NCBI GenBank assembly: GCA_016933575.1
Contig: JAFGAR010000060.1
Span: 1-32,157 of the forward strand
Direction of reading: 5' to 3'
Origin: Candidatus Thorarchaeota archaeon
GTDB taxonomy: Archaea; Asgardarchaeota; Thorarchaeia; Thorarchaeales; Thorarchaeaceae
Length of the DNA: 32,157 nucleotides
Each line of letters opens with the position of its first letter. The first letter of the stretch is position 1. The position numbers were made by a program, and so were the translations under genes. This document shows positions 18,680-27,147 of this stretch, one piece after another. Below the pieces are notes generated by a model. The model did not search any database. It saw only the letters and a list, made by a program, of their open reading frames with translations, and had not been told where the DNA came from.

Positions 18680-19504
18680 ATGGACAAACTCATCATCACA
18701 GTAGCTCCCACAGGCTCAGTCCCTCGAAAGAAGGATACATCCTATATACCAGTTACACCAGATGAGATTGCGGAAACGGCCTATCTGTGCGAGCAGGAAG
18801 GAGCTTCTGTAATCCATGTCCATTGTCGTGACGAAAAGGAGAATCCGACTTCGGATTATCATACCTTTGAAGAGACTGTCAATAAGATACGAAAGCGTAC
18901 AAAGCTCGTTGTCATGGTTTCAACAAGTGGTGTAGCAGGTGGATCTGATGAAGAACGAGCAGAACCTCTAAGAACACGACCTGAGATGGCGAGCCTCACA
19001 ACAGGTTCATTGAACTTTACTGCTCGTAAGCCATCTCTTGTCTATACGAACTCTTGGGAAACTATCACATTTTTAGCTGAGAGAATGAAGAGCCTGAAAA
19101 TCAAACCCGAGATGGAAGCATTCGATGTAGGATTCATACAACAGGCTAAAATGCTCGTTGAACAAGGGCTTGTGGATAATCCTAGTTACTTCCAGCTTGT
19201 CATGGGAGTTGGTGGGGGAATTCCTGCAACTGTTGCAAACTTGCTGCACATGCAGTCCCAACTACCGTCTGGTGCCCACTTCACTGTTGCAGGCATAGGA
19301 AGAGCCCAACTAGAGATGACAAACTTGTCCATACTAATTGGTGGTCATGTGAGGGTGGGTCTGGAGGATAATATCTACATCTCCAAGGGAGAACTTGCTC
19401 CCAATGAGGTCTTTGTTGCAAGAGCGCGAAGAATTTCAGAGAAGCTGCAACGAGAAGTGGCTACGCCTGATGAAACAAGGAAGATGCTTGGACTAAGATC
19501 TTGA
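18680..19504 (+). CDS. Beta-keto acid cleavage enzyme (BKACE/DUF849, Kce-like)
   Basis: IITVAPTG, PVTPDEIA, HVHCRD (Zn HxH), EAFDVG, GHVRVGLEDN, ATPDETRKMLGL. Confidence 0.93.
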   Translation: MDKLIITVAPTGSVPRKKDTSYIPVTPDEIAETAYLCEQEGASVIHVHCRDEKENPTSDYHTFEETVNKIRKRTKLVVMVSTSGVAGGSDEERAEPLRTRPEMASLTTGSLNFTARKPSLVYTNSWETITFLAERMKSLKIKPEMEAFDVGFIQQAKMLVEQGLVDNPSYFQLVMGVGGGIPATVANLLHMQSQLPSGAHFTVAGIGRAQLEMTNLSILIGGHVRVGLEDNIYISKGELAPNEVFVARARRISEKLQREVATPDETRKMLGLRS

Positions 19505-19628
19505 CTGTGCCCTAATTGATTGGACAATGGTCGAAAAAGGTCTAAATGTAAAAGGATTATCTAAAGAACTTACTGACCCCTCTAATGAGGTCTTTTCCTG
19601 TTGTAATCAATAGTGACCTCGAAATCGA

Positions 19629-21479
19629 GTGATATCCATGCCAGCAGATACAGAACTTGGTCAATATGAAGAGAAGCTAAGACATTGTGAACAGAAGTAC
19701 TACTCTCTATTCAATGAGACGAATGATGGCATCTTTTTAATGACTCTAGAAGGAGTCCATTTTGAAGTGAACAAACGGGCTGCGTCCATGCTTGGATATA
19801 CTGTTGAAGAACTTCTAGGTCTATCATTTCGGGATATTGTCCATGAAGATGAAATGAATGATGCTGAATCTAGGCTTGAGACGATGAAGAGTGGCGGAGT
19901 TCTTCCACTCTATGAGCGCACGTTCAAACATAAGGATGGAACACTGCTACCAGTTGAGCTAAATGTAGCTCTCATCAAGGACCGTGATGGCACTCCTCTA
20001 TACATTCAAAGCATCGTAAGAGATCTTTCTGAGAGAAAGAAATTTGAACGTGAATTAAGAGAGAGTGAGGAACTCTACAGACTCCTAGCAGAGAATGCCA
20101 AAGATGTGATTGCCACTGTTGGTTTGGACCTTAGGCTCACATATGTCAGCCCATCAATCGAGAACCTTCTAGGATTCAATGCTGATGAATTGGTCTCTAG
20201 GAGTATCATGGACTTAATCAAACCAGAATCGATTGAAGTCGTAACTAAGGCTCTAGAGGAGGCACTGGAACTCGAAAAAACAGTGGGCAAGGACGGGTAT
20301 GACGCTCCGCCACTTGAGGTAGAGGTCTTTCACAAGAATGGCCAAATATTATGGGCAGAGGTGTCAAGAGTCTTTCTCAGGGACATAGAAGAAAGACCGA
20401 CAGGAATTTTGGTGATTGTTAGGAACATCATGAAACGGAAGTTGATGGAAGAAGCTCTCCAGAGGAGCGAGCGTCGATATCGTGAGATGATTGAATTGAA
20501 TCCTGAGGGCATTGGAATTGTAGACTTTGATGAAAAGATACTTTTTTCCAATCAAGCTTTCGCTGAGATGCTTGGTTATGAGCCGCAAGAACTTCAAGGA
20601 ATGAGTATTCTTGATTTCGCGACTCCTGAGAGTGTGGAGAGAGTAAAAGCACAAACAGAAAACCGACGCAATGGACTATCAACAACTTATCAACTAGAAC
20701 TAATAACTAGGACAGGCTACCATCGTTTTATACGAGTTTCAGGAGTTCCTTGGCGAGATGATGATGGTAGATTGTCAGGAACTATCTCCGTGATTATTGA
20801 CATCACAGAACGGGTCCGTGCAGAGATTGCATTATCTGCAACAAATAGAGACCTTGAACTCTATACTTCCTTACTTCGACATGACCTAAGGAATGACTTA
20901 CAGATTGTGCTTGCTCAGGCTGAGGCTGCATCCATCCTACTTCCGCAAGAATCAGATGTTGTCAGGGTCTGTGAAGTCACGCGTCATGCAGCAGAAAGAA
21001 TGAGACAATTGATCAATACCTTTGAGAGCCCAGAAGGAATGTTTGCAGATAATGTATTGGACCTTCTAGACTCAAGAGCTCGGTCAGCTGAGAAAGCACA
21101 CCATGGACTCAAGGTCACTGTGACAACAAACGAGGAGAGGACTAAACTGAAAATAGCTCATGGTAGACTGCTGCCAGCACTCTTTGACAACCTCCTTAGA
21201 AATAGCTACCAGCATGCGGGACCTGATGTCACTGTTGATATGAGAGTATCAATCGACAATGATAAGGTGTTTATTGATGTGACAGATAGCGGACCAGGAA
21301 TACCAGTTGATGGTAGATCAACAATCTTCCAGAGGAATCTGACAGGAATAGGAAAAGGTCAGGGACTCTATCTCTGTCGTCGAATTGCTGAGGCATATGG
21401 TGGTAGTATCCGTCTTCTTGATGAGAGTTCTTCAAAGGGAACAACATTCAGGATCATACTACCTCTATCATTTCGCTAA
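19629..21479 (+). CDS. Cytoplasmic sensor histidine kinase with three PAS domains
   Basis: Three PAS/PAC repeats; H-box RHDLRN, N-box DNLLRNS, DSGPG, GQGL; no TM. Alternative start ATG19638. Confidence 0.93.
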   Translation: MISMPADTELGQYEEKLRHCEQKYYSLFNETNDGIFLMTLEGVHFEVNKRAASMLGYTVEELLGLSFRDIVHEDEMNDAESRLETMKSGGVLPLYERTFKHKDGTLLPVELNVALIKDRDGTPLYIQSIVRDLSERKKFERELRESEELYRLLAENAKDVIATVGLDLRLTYVSPSIENLLGFNADELVSRSIMDLIKPESIEVVTKALEEALELEKTVGKDGYDAPPLEVEVFHKNGQILWAEVSRVFLRDIEERPTGILVIVRNIMKRKLMEEALQRSERRYREMIELNPEGIGIVDFDEKILFSNQAFAEMLGYEPQELQGMSILDFATPESVERVKAQTENRRNGLSTTYQLELITRTGYHRFIRVSGVPWRDDDGRLSGTISVIIDITERVRAEIALSATNRDLELYTSLLRHDLRNDLQIVLAQAEAASILLPQESDVVRVCEVTRHAAERMRQLINTFESPEGMFADNVLDLLDSRARSAEKAHHGLKVTVTTNEERTKLKIAHGRLLPALFDNLLRNSYQHAGPDVTVDMRVSIDNDKVFIDVTDSGPGIPVDGRSTIFQRNLTGIGKGQGLYLCRRIAEAYGGSIRLLDESSSKGTTFRIILPLSFR

Positions 21480-21615
21480 TGCAATGCAAGTTTCTCTAGG
21501 ATCAATGACATGAATTTTCCCCTTCCAATCTTCGTTCTGCAATTGATATATTAGAACATGTGTTCCAACTTTAGTCTTCTCTACACAATCAATATATCTC
21601 AGACCTTCATCAAAA
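21468..21615 (-). pseudogene. Possible remnant of the N-terminal CoA-binding domain of an acyl-CoA synthetase (NDP-forming)
   Basis: KVGTHVLIYQLQNEDWKGKIHVIDP resembles the KVG...l.nL...ykGkiypvNP motif; short and degenerate. Confidence 0.3.
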
Positions 21616-21625
21616 CTCAACTCGT

Positions 21626-22558
21626 ATGGAGGAGAGATCACAACTGATGCCAACGGACTTTACACCTGCTGAACTCCAAGAGAGAATCAGAAACAATCCC
21701 AATGATGCTGATGCATGGTCAAAGATAGGATTCCTCCTGTTAATCGAAGGAAAGTCCAAGGAGGCTAAGGCGATGTTAGAGAGAGCCGTGGCGCTAGATC
21801 CGAAGAACTTCGAAGCCTGGGCAGGACTCGGAGTCATTGCAGCGAATAAGGGAGCACTCAAGGAATCAGAGGAACTCTACAAGCAATCTGTAAAGATTCA
21901 GTCAAATTTCAGTGATGGATGGTTCGCTCTTGCTCGGATCTATTGGGGTCAAGCAAAGTACAAGGATGCTGAAAAGGCACTGAAGAAATGCAGTTTTGAA
22001 ACTCTTGAGAAGAGAGTGATGGTGCTAAGAGAGCTCGCCTTAGTATACATGATGTGGAATAAATTCGCAGATGCAGAGAAGACAGTGAAACAAGCAATTC
22101 AACTTGATCCTACCAATACAGAACTCAAGATAATATTGCATAGGGCTCTGAAGGGACAAAAATCAAGGGATAAAGAGAATCAAGCAGCATTGGCATATCG
22201 AGAGATCCCATTTGGTACAATGAATCTTGAGGAACTTCTAACTGCACTAGGACAGGCTATGCAATTAGGCGACTTCGAGGTGGCAGAAGACTTTGGCAGA
22301 AGAATTCGGGATATAGATTCCAGAAATATCGATGGACTCTTTATCCAACACCGTCATCTAACAGACCGGTACAACTACCACTATGCAAGTATGTGTAGTT
22401 CCACTAGAACCTCTCAAGATGGCTGGCAAGTGAAGAAGCTTGACGAGGAGATAAAGAAGCTAGACAAGACCATTCGAAGTGTGATTGATTCAGATCCATC
22501 TGCAAAGATGAGATGGCAGGCATTGTTCAATCGTTATCCATACAATCGCCACTTCTGA
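21626..22558 (+). CDS. Tetratricopeptide repeat protein
   Basis: Repeated AW..LG......G...EA......A..LDP patterns. Confidence 0.88.
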   Translation: MEERSQLMPTDFTPAELQERIRNNPNDADAWSKIGFLLLIEGKSKEAKAMLERAVALDPKNFEAWAGLGVIAANKGALKESEELYKQSVKIQSNFSDGWFALARIYWGQAKYKDAEKALKKCSFETLEKRVMVLRELALVYMMWNKFADAEKTVKQAIQLDPTNTELKIILHRALKGQKSRDKENQAALAYREIPFGTMNLEELLTALGQAMQLGDFEVAEDFGRRIRDIDSRNIDGLFIQHRHLTDRYNYHYASMCSSTRTSQDGWQVKKLDEEIKKLDKTIRSVIDSDPSAKMRWQALFNRYPYNRHF

Positions 22559-22981
22559 TTAGTCAGTGAAGAGAAACGTCTTCAGACTCCCACAGTCGGA
22601 GCATTTTCCAACCAAGACGCCTTCATCAAAAAAACCTTGGAGACCTTCTACACCCTCATACCGTTCGCACATACAGAGAATGAATGTATCAGATCCGCAT
22701 GAACATCGAGGTGTTTCTTGTTCGTCTTCAGGATTTTCGCCTCTTATGATACTCAAGACGATCCCAGTGGACCCACAAGTACTACACCTGCTATGTACAG
22801 TGCCTGCAAAGTCTTGAGCTGGACGTTTTCTATCGCTGGCAATACTATAGCTTATTCTAAGTGAGAATATGTCAGATGAGCACTGCTTGCATCTGAATTG
22901 GTTACAGATGTGCACATCATTGACATAGGCCTCAGCATTAACCTGTTTCTTTGCATAGTCTTCTAGTTCAGTGTCGTTCAG
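22559..22981 (-). CDS. Zinc-ribbon protein (CKQC, CSTC, CSC, CSDC)
   Basis: ORF track starts at GTG22915, but the frame is open to CTG22981, which lies 6 nt after GGTGA. Confidence 0.7.
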   Translation of the reverse strand: MNDTELEDYAKKQVNAEAYVNDVHICNQFRCKQCSSDIFSLRISYSIASDRKRPAQDFAGTVHSRCSTCGSTGIVLSIIRGENPEDEQETPRCSCGSDTFILCMCERYEGVEGLQGFFDEGVLVGKCSDCGSLKTFLFTD

Positions 22982-23071
22982 ATCTGTTCACCTTGTTATG
23001 GCTAGAGCCAATGGGTGTGATATTGAATGATTTGCAATGGCAACCACACTTCACAACAGTTTATGAATTGA

Positions 23072-23272
23072 CTTGATTAGCCTTTAGATACAAGAATTCG
23101 AGAACTGATTGAGAGAGTAATGGAAAGAATCATTCAGACGATAAAGAGAGAGTCAAAATATCCATTACGAGTACTTGTCACAGGCGATTACGAGTGGTTG
23201 GACTATACTCAACGAATCTACACGATATCAAGTGGAGTGATACTTAAAGCAGCAGTTATTTTTCCAACTTAA
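23072..23272 (+). pseudogene. Possible decayed C-terminal fragment of an ABC transporter ATPase
   Basis: Translation LD*PLD...VMERIIQTIKRE....VLVTGDYEWLDYTQRIYTISSGVI matches the LDEP..LD / VTHD / DRI..l..G.I layout, with an in-frame stop. Confidence 0.4.
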
Positions 23273-23350
23273 TCTCGTACAGGTTCTTACAAGGAAGACT
23301 AGACCATAGCACATATTTTGAAAGGTTACACTACATAATGTAGTGATTTC

Positions 23351-24280
23351 TTGGAGAGGAGAAACTCATTGAAGAACCTTCAATTCGTGCAGACTGCAGT
23401 CTTTTTTGATAAGAGATACAATTTTGGTGGCAATCAACTTGCAACATTTTGGAATGCTGATTCAAATACATCACTCACTGATGACGACATGCTTGGAATT
23501 ACAAGAGAGATGAACTACTCTGAGACCACCTTTGTCTTTCAATCAAAGATAACAAGCTGTTCCGCCAAAGTACGCATTTTCACTCCAGCAGAAGAGATTC
23601 CATTTGCAGGCCATCCAACTTTAGGTACTGCATTAGTGCTAAAACGAAAGAAGGTAATAGATCCCAAGGCTGAACGTTCAAAACTCGAACTAGGTCTTGG
23701 GCCAATCACAGTCGAGTTCCTGGCATCAGACCTGATCAGAATGCAGCAAAAGCCTCCCGAATTTCTTGGAGAACTGGATAATCCCAGACAGATCATGAAA
23801 GCAATTGGTCTCAGAGAGAGCTCACTATCAGATGACCTTCCAGCGATGTATATTTCGACAGGCAGTCCATTTCTGATAATCCCATTAAAATCCATAGCAT
23901 CGGTTCAGAAAGCTGAGCCGAATGGAAAGGAGATCGTCAAAGCTCTTGAAGGAGCGGTCTCACAGGATGTTCTGATATTCAGCACGGAAACCATTCACAA
24001 AGACTCCGATGCGCATGCGCGTGTATTTGCTCCAGCATCAAATGTACTGGAAGATCCAGCCACGGGCAGTGCTATTGGTCCTCTAGGAGCATTTCTTGAG
24101 CAACATGATGTCATTCCAACTCACATTCATGGAGAGCTATTCATAATTGAACAAGGCTATGAGATGAACAGACCAAGCAGGCTCAAGGTCCAACTTGTGA
24201 AAAAGAAGCAGAAGACTGATGTATTGGTTTCGGGACGTGTCCGAGTCACAGCAGAGGGGCATTTTTACCTGAAGAGATGA
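23351..24280 (+). CDS. PhzF family (DAP-epimerase-like) isomerase
   Basis: GGNQL, MNYSETTF, RIFTP..EIPFAGHPTLG, EDPATGSA, EQG..M.RPS. The true start may be TTG23369 (GGAGAGG upstream). Confidence 0.93.
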   Translation: MERRNSLKNLQFVQTAVFFDKRYNFGGNQLATFWNADSNTSLTDDDMLGITREMNYSETTFVFQSKITSCSAKVRIFTPAEEIPFAGHPTLGTALVLKRKKVIDPKAERSKLELGLGPITVEFLASDLIRMQQKPPEFLGELDNPRQIMKAIGLRESSLSDDLPAMYISTGSPFLIIPLKSIASVQKAEPNGKEIVKALEGAVSQDVLIFSTETIHKDSDAHARVFAPASNVLEDPATGSAIGPLGAFLEQHDVIPTHIHGELFIIEQGYEMNRPSRLKVQLVKKKQKTDVLVSGRVRVTAEGHFYLKR

Positions 24281-24291
24281 AGTGATGAGGA

Positions 24292-24804
24292 ATGGTTCTT
24301 CTAGAGAATATTCTCCTGCATGGTACGATTACCTGCATCTTACTAATAGCGTACCTATTACCAATAATGCGATTCACAAGTCCTCGCATCTGGGGATATA
24401 GTGACTATCCAGACGAGATAAAAGAGCTAGTCCCGCCACAGACAAAGGAGGAAAGGAAACAAGCCTCCATCCTGTTCATCCCATTTGTCCTCATGATGCT
24501 GGGAATACCAATCATCTCAACTATGATCTTGGAGGTTTCATATGGAGGCACTCTACCTCTCCTTGATGCCTTCCTGAATGCCTTTGGGGTTCTCATGATG
24601 GGTAATCTTGCAGACCTCTTCATTCTTGATTGGATTGTAGTTGGTACGATAACACCAAGTTGGGTCATGCTCCCAGGAACTGAGGAGATGAAAGACACAG
24701 CCTACAAGGATTTCAGATGGTCCCATGCCAAGGGACATATTCCAGGCACCTTGTTCCTAGCGGCTTTGAGCCTTCTCTCAGCATTTATTGTTGTGAGCAT
24801 CTAG
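24292..24804 (+). CDS. Membrane protein (~4 TM), unknown function
   Basis: 170 aa hydrophobic ORF 11 nt after phzF; DYP..I and NL.DL.ILDW motifs. Confidence 0.8.
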   Translation: MVLLENILLHGTITCILLIAYLLPIMRFTSPRIWGYSDYPDEIKELVPPQTKEERKQASILFIPFVLMMLGIPIISTMILEVSYGGTLPLLDAFLNAFGVLMMGNLADLFILDWIVVGTITPSWVMLPGTEEMKDTAYKDFRWSHAKGHIPGTLFLAALSLLSAFIVVSI

Positions 24805-24960
24805 TACTTTTCTGAAGAGATCTGTGATGCACTTTTCACCTTCCAAGATTGAACATTTCGCCATATTTAGTGTCAAAGACTAGAAACGATACACTGATTA
24901 TTGGGTATTGTATTAGAAGTCTGCGTTCGTGCAGAGATGCAATTGTCTGAGGGAGAAGGT

Positions 24961-27063
24961 ATGGTACTTGAATATCCAAGAACAAAAAGAGAGAATATCG
25001 TCGATGAAATCCACGGAAGGAAGATTGAGGACCCCTATAGATGGCTTGAGAATTCTGAGTCCAGAGAGGTCATGAATTGGATTGATGAACAGAACAACCT
25101 ATCACAAACAGCACTCAATAGTTACAGAGGAAAGGAGTCGATTACTAAGGATCTTCATGAGATGTTTCGCTATGACAATATTCAGGACTACAGCTTCAAG
25201 GTAGTGAATACACCAAGAGGAATACGTTTCTTCTATCTGTTTCGAAAAACGGACCAAGCACAACCAACACTCTGTTATCAGGATGGTGAGAGTGGAGAAC
25301 GGATAGTCCTCTTTGATCCAAATAAAGAGTCTGAAGAAGCTCTTGTTGCCATTGATTGGTATAATGTAAGTCACGATGGCAGCTTGGTTGCTTTTGGTGT
25401 TTCAGAGGGAGGGACTGAACAGAGTGTTCTCCATGTAATGAATGTAGAAAAGGGAGAATTACTCGACGAGCCAATTCCTAAGACAAAGTGGTGTGAGCTT
25501 GTTTGGATGGACAATATCGGATTCTACTACTCACGATATCCATTACCAAATACTGTGTCTTCTGAAGATGAGAATTACCATCACCATGTTTACTACCATA
25601 AATTGAGAGATGATTATCATGATGATGTCAAAATCTTTGGTGAGGGCAGAGCAAAGACCGAACACCCAGTTCTTTTCATTAACGCTGACTCAACACTACT
25701 TGCTGTCTGTAGTGCTCGATTTATCAGCAACGATATTCATATCGCAGCGATTGATCCCAAAAAACCCGGTTCACTGAAATTTGAACCATTAATCGAGAGC
25801 GATTCAGTTTCCAGTATCCCTGATTTTGATGGGGATCTACTCTATGTCGATACACAACTCGAAGCTCCAAATGGTAAGATAATCCGATATAACCTATCAG
25901 AATTCAAGAGAGATGGAAAGATTCCAAAACCTACGACAATCATCAAAGAAGGAGAGGGAGTCATCTTCTCTCAGATGACAATGCCTTTTGTGGTATTCCA
26001 AGATAATATTGCTGTGATAGAAGACAAGAATGCATCAAGCTCTCTCAAAGTGTATGACACAGATTCCGGAGAATTAGTCGATGAAGTTGATTTTGGAACA
26101 CATGTAACCCTCGTACAGATTGCGTCCGCCCCGGGACTTGATATGTTCTACTATAGTAGAGGGAGCTTCTTCTACCCAACAACATACTATCGATATGAAC
26201 AGGGAAAGACATACCTTATTCACAAACCGAATCTCCCATTGAATCCTGATGACTATAAGTCAGAGCTGGTCTGGTTTGAGTCCAAAGATGGGACCAAAGT
26301 ATCGATGTTCATTCTCTCAAAGAAAGGAGTGAAGATATCAGAAAAGACACCTATCTTCCTGACAGGTTATGGCGGATTTGGAATCTCACTGACTCCAACT
26401 TATTTACCTGCACGCTCAATCTGGGCAAAATATGGAGGTGTTATTGCAATCCCGCACCTAAGAGGTGGAGGAGAGTATGGATTAAAATGGCACCAAGCAG
26501 GAAATCGAGAGAATAAACAGAACGTATTCGACGATTTCATAGCCGCAGCAGAATGGCTCATTGAAAACCGCATTGGTAGTAGAAACACGTTATCAATTGT
26601 CGGACGAAGTAATGGAGGCCTTCTCGTTGGAGCTGCACTGGTTCAACGACCAGATCTCTATAAAGCAGTAATATGTGGCGTACCTCTTCTTGACATGATA
26701 AGGTATACCAATTTCCAAGTAGCAAGGACATGGAGTACCGAGTATGGTGATCCGGATGTGAAGGAAGAGTTTGAGTGGCTCTATTCTTACAGTCCCTATC
26801 ATCATGTCAGAGAGGATGTCACGTATCCAGCTACCTTGTTGGACACAGCCTTGGGGGACACGAGAGTGGATCCGATGCATGCTTTCAAGATGGCTGCAAA
26901 ACTCCAGAACAATTCTAGACAATCGATAAAAGAAGTACCGATACTCCTTCATGTCCAGATGCAAGCGGGTCATGGAGTAGGATTGTCGATTGAGAAGATT
27001 GTTGAAAATAATGTAAGGGGTCTCGTATTCATGGCACACCATACCGGGCTTGTAATAGAATGA
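24961..27063 (+). CDS. Prolyl oligopeptidase (S9A)
   Basis: DPYRWLE, SKDGTKV, GYGGF, RGGGEYG, GRSNGG nucleophile, D.RV, AGHG. ATG24961 after GGGAGAAGGT preferred over TTG24901. Confidence 0.95.
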   Translation: MVLEYPRTKRENIVDEIHGRKIEDPYRWLENSESREVMNWIDEQNNLSQTALNSYRGKESITKDLHEMFRYDNIQDYSFKVVNTPRGIRFFYLFRKTDQAQPTLCYQDGESGERIVLFDPNKESEEALVAIDWYNVSHDGSLVAFGVSEGGTEQSVLHVMNVEKGELLDEPIPKTKWCELVWMDNIGFYYSRYPLPNTVSSEDENYHHHVYYHKLRDDYHDDVKIFGEGRAKTEHPVLFINADSTLLAVCSARFISNDIHIAAIDPKKPGSLKFEPLIESDSVSSIPDFDGDLLYVDTQLEAPNGKIIRYNLSEFKRDGKIPKPTTIIKEGEGVIFSQMTMPFVVFQDNIAVIEDKNASSSLKVYDTDSGELVDEVDFGTHVTLVQIASAPGLDMFYYSRGSFFYPTTYYRYEQGKTYLIHKPNLPLNPDDYKSELVWFESKDGTKVSMFILSKKGVKISEKTPIFLTGYGGFGISLTPTYLPARSIWAKYGGVIAIPHLRGGGEYGLKWHQAGNRENKQNVFDDFIAAAEWLIENRIGSRNTLSIVGRSNGGLLVGAALVQRPDLYKAVICGVPLLDMIRYTNFQVARTWSTEYGDPDVKEEFEWLYSYSPYHHVREDVTYPATLLDTALGDTRVDPMHAFKMAAKLQNNSRQSIKEVPILLHVQMQAGHGVGLSIEKIVENNVRGLVFMAHHTGLVIE

Positions 27064-27147
27064 AAACTAATAACGCAAAACCCTATTTGTGCTCCAGTGA
27101 AGGATACATAGAGGCTATACTCGACAGAAAGTAGGGGAGTATTCAAA

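Noticed and set aside
18680-19504. Assigning the gene symbol kce
   Set aside because: The amine-binding Glu of TGAE is replaced and the lysine-fermentation context is missing.
23063-23080. In-frame TGA and TAG as possible selenocysteine or pyrrolysine recoding
   Set aside because: No redox-motif context or SECIS-like element was seen; both stops lie in a degenerate fragment better explained by decay.
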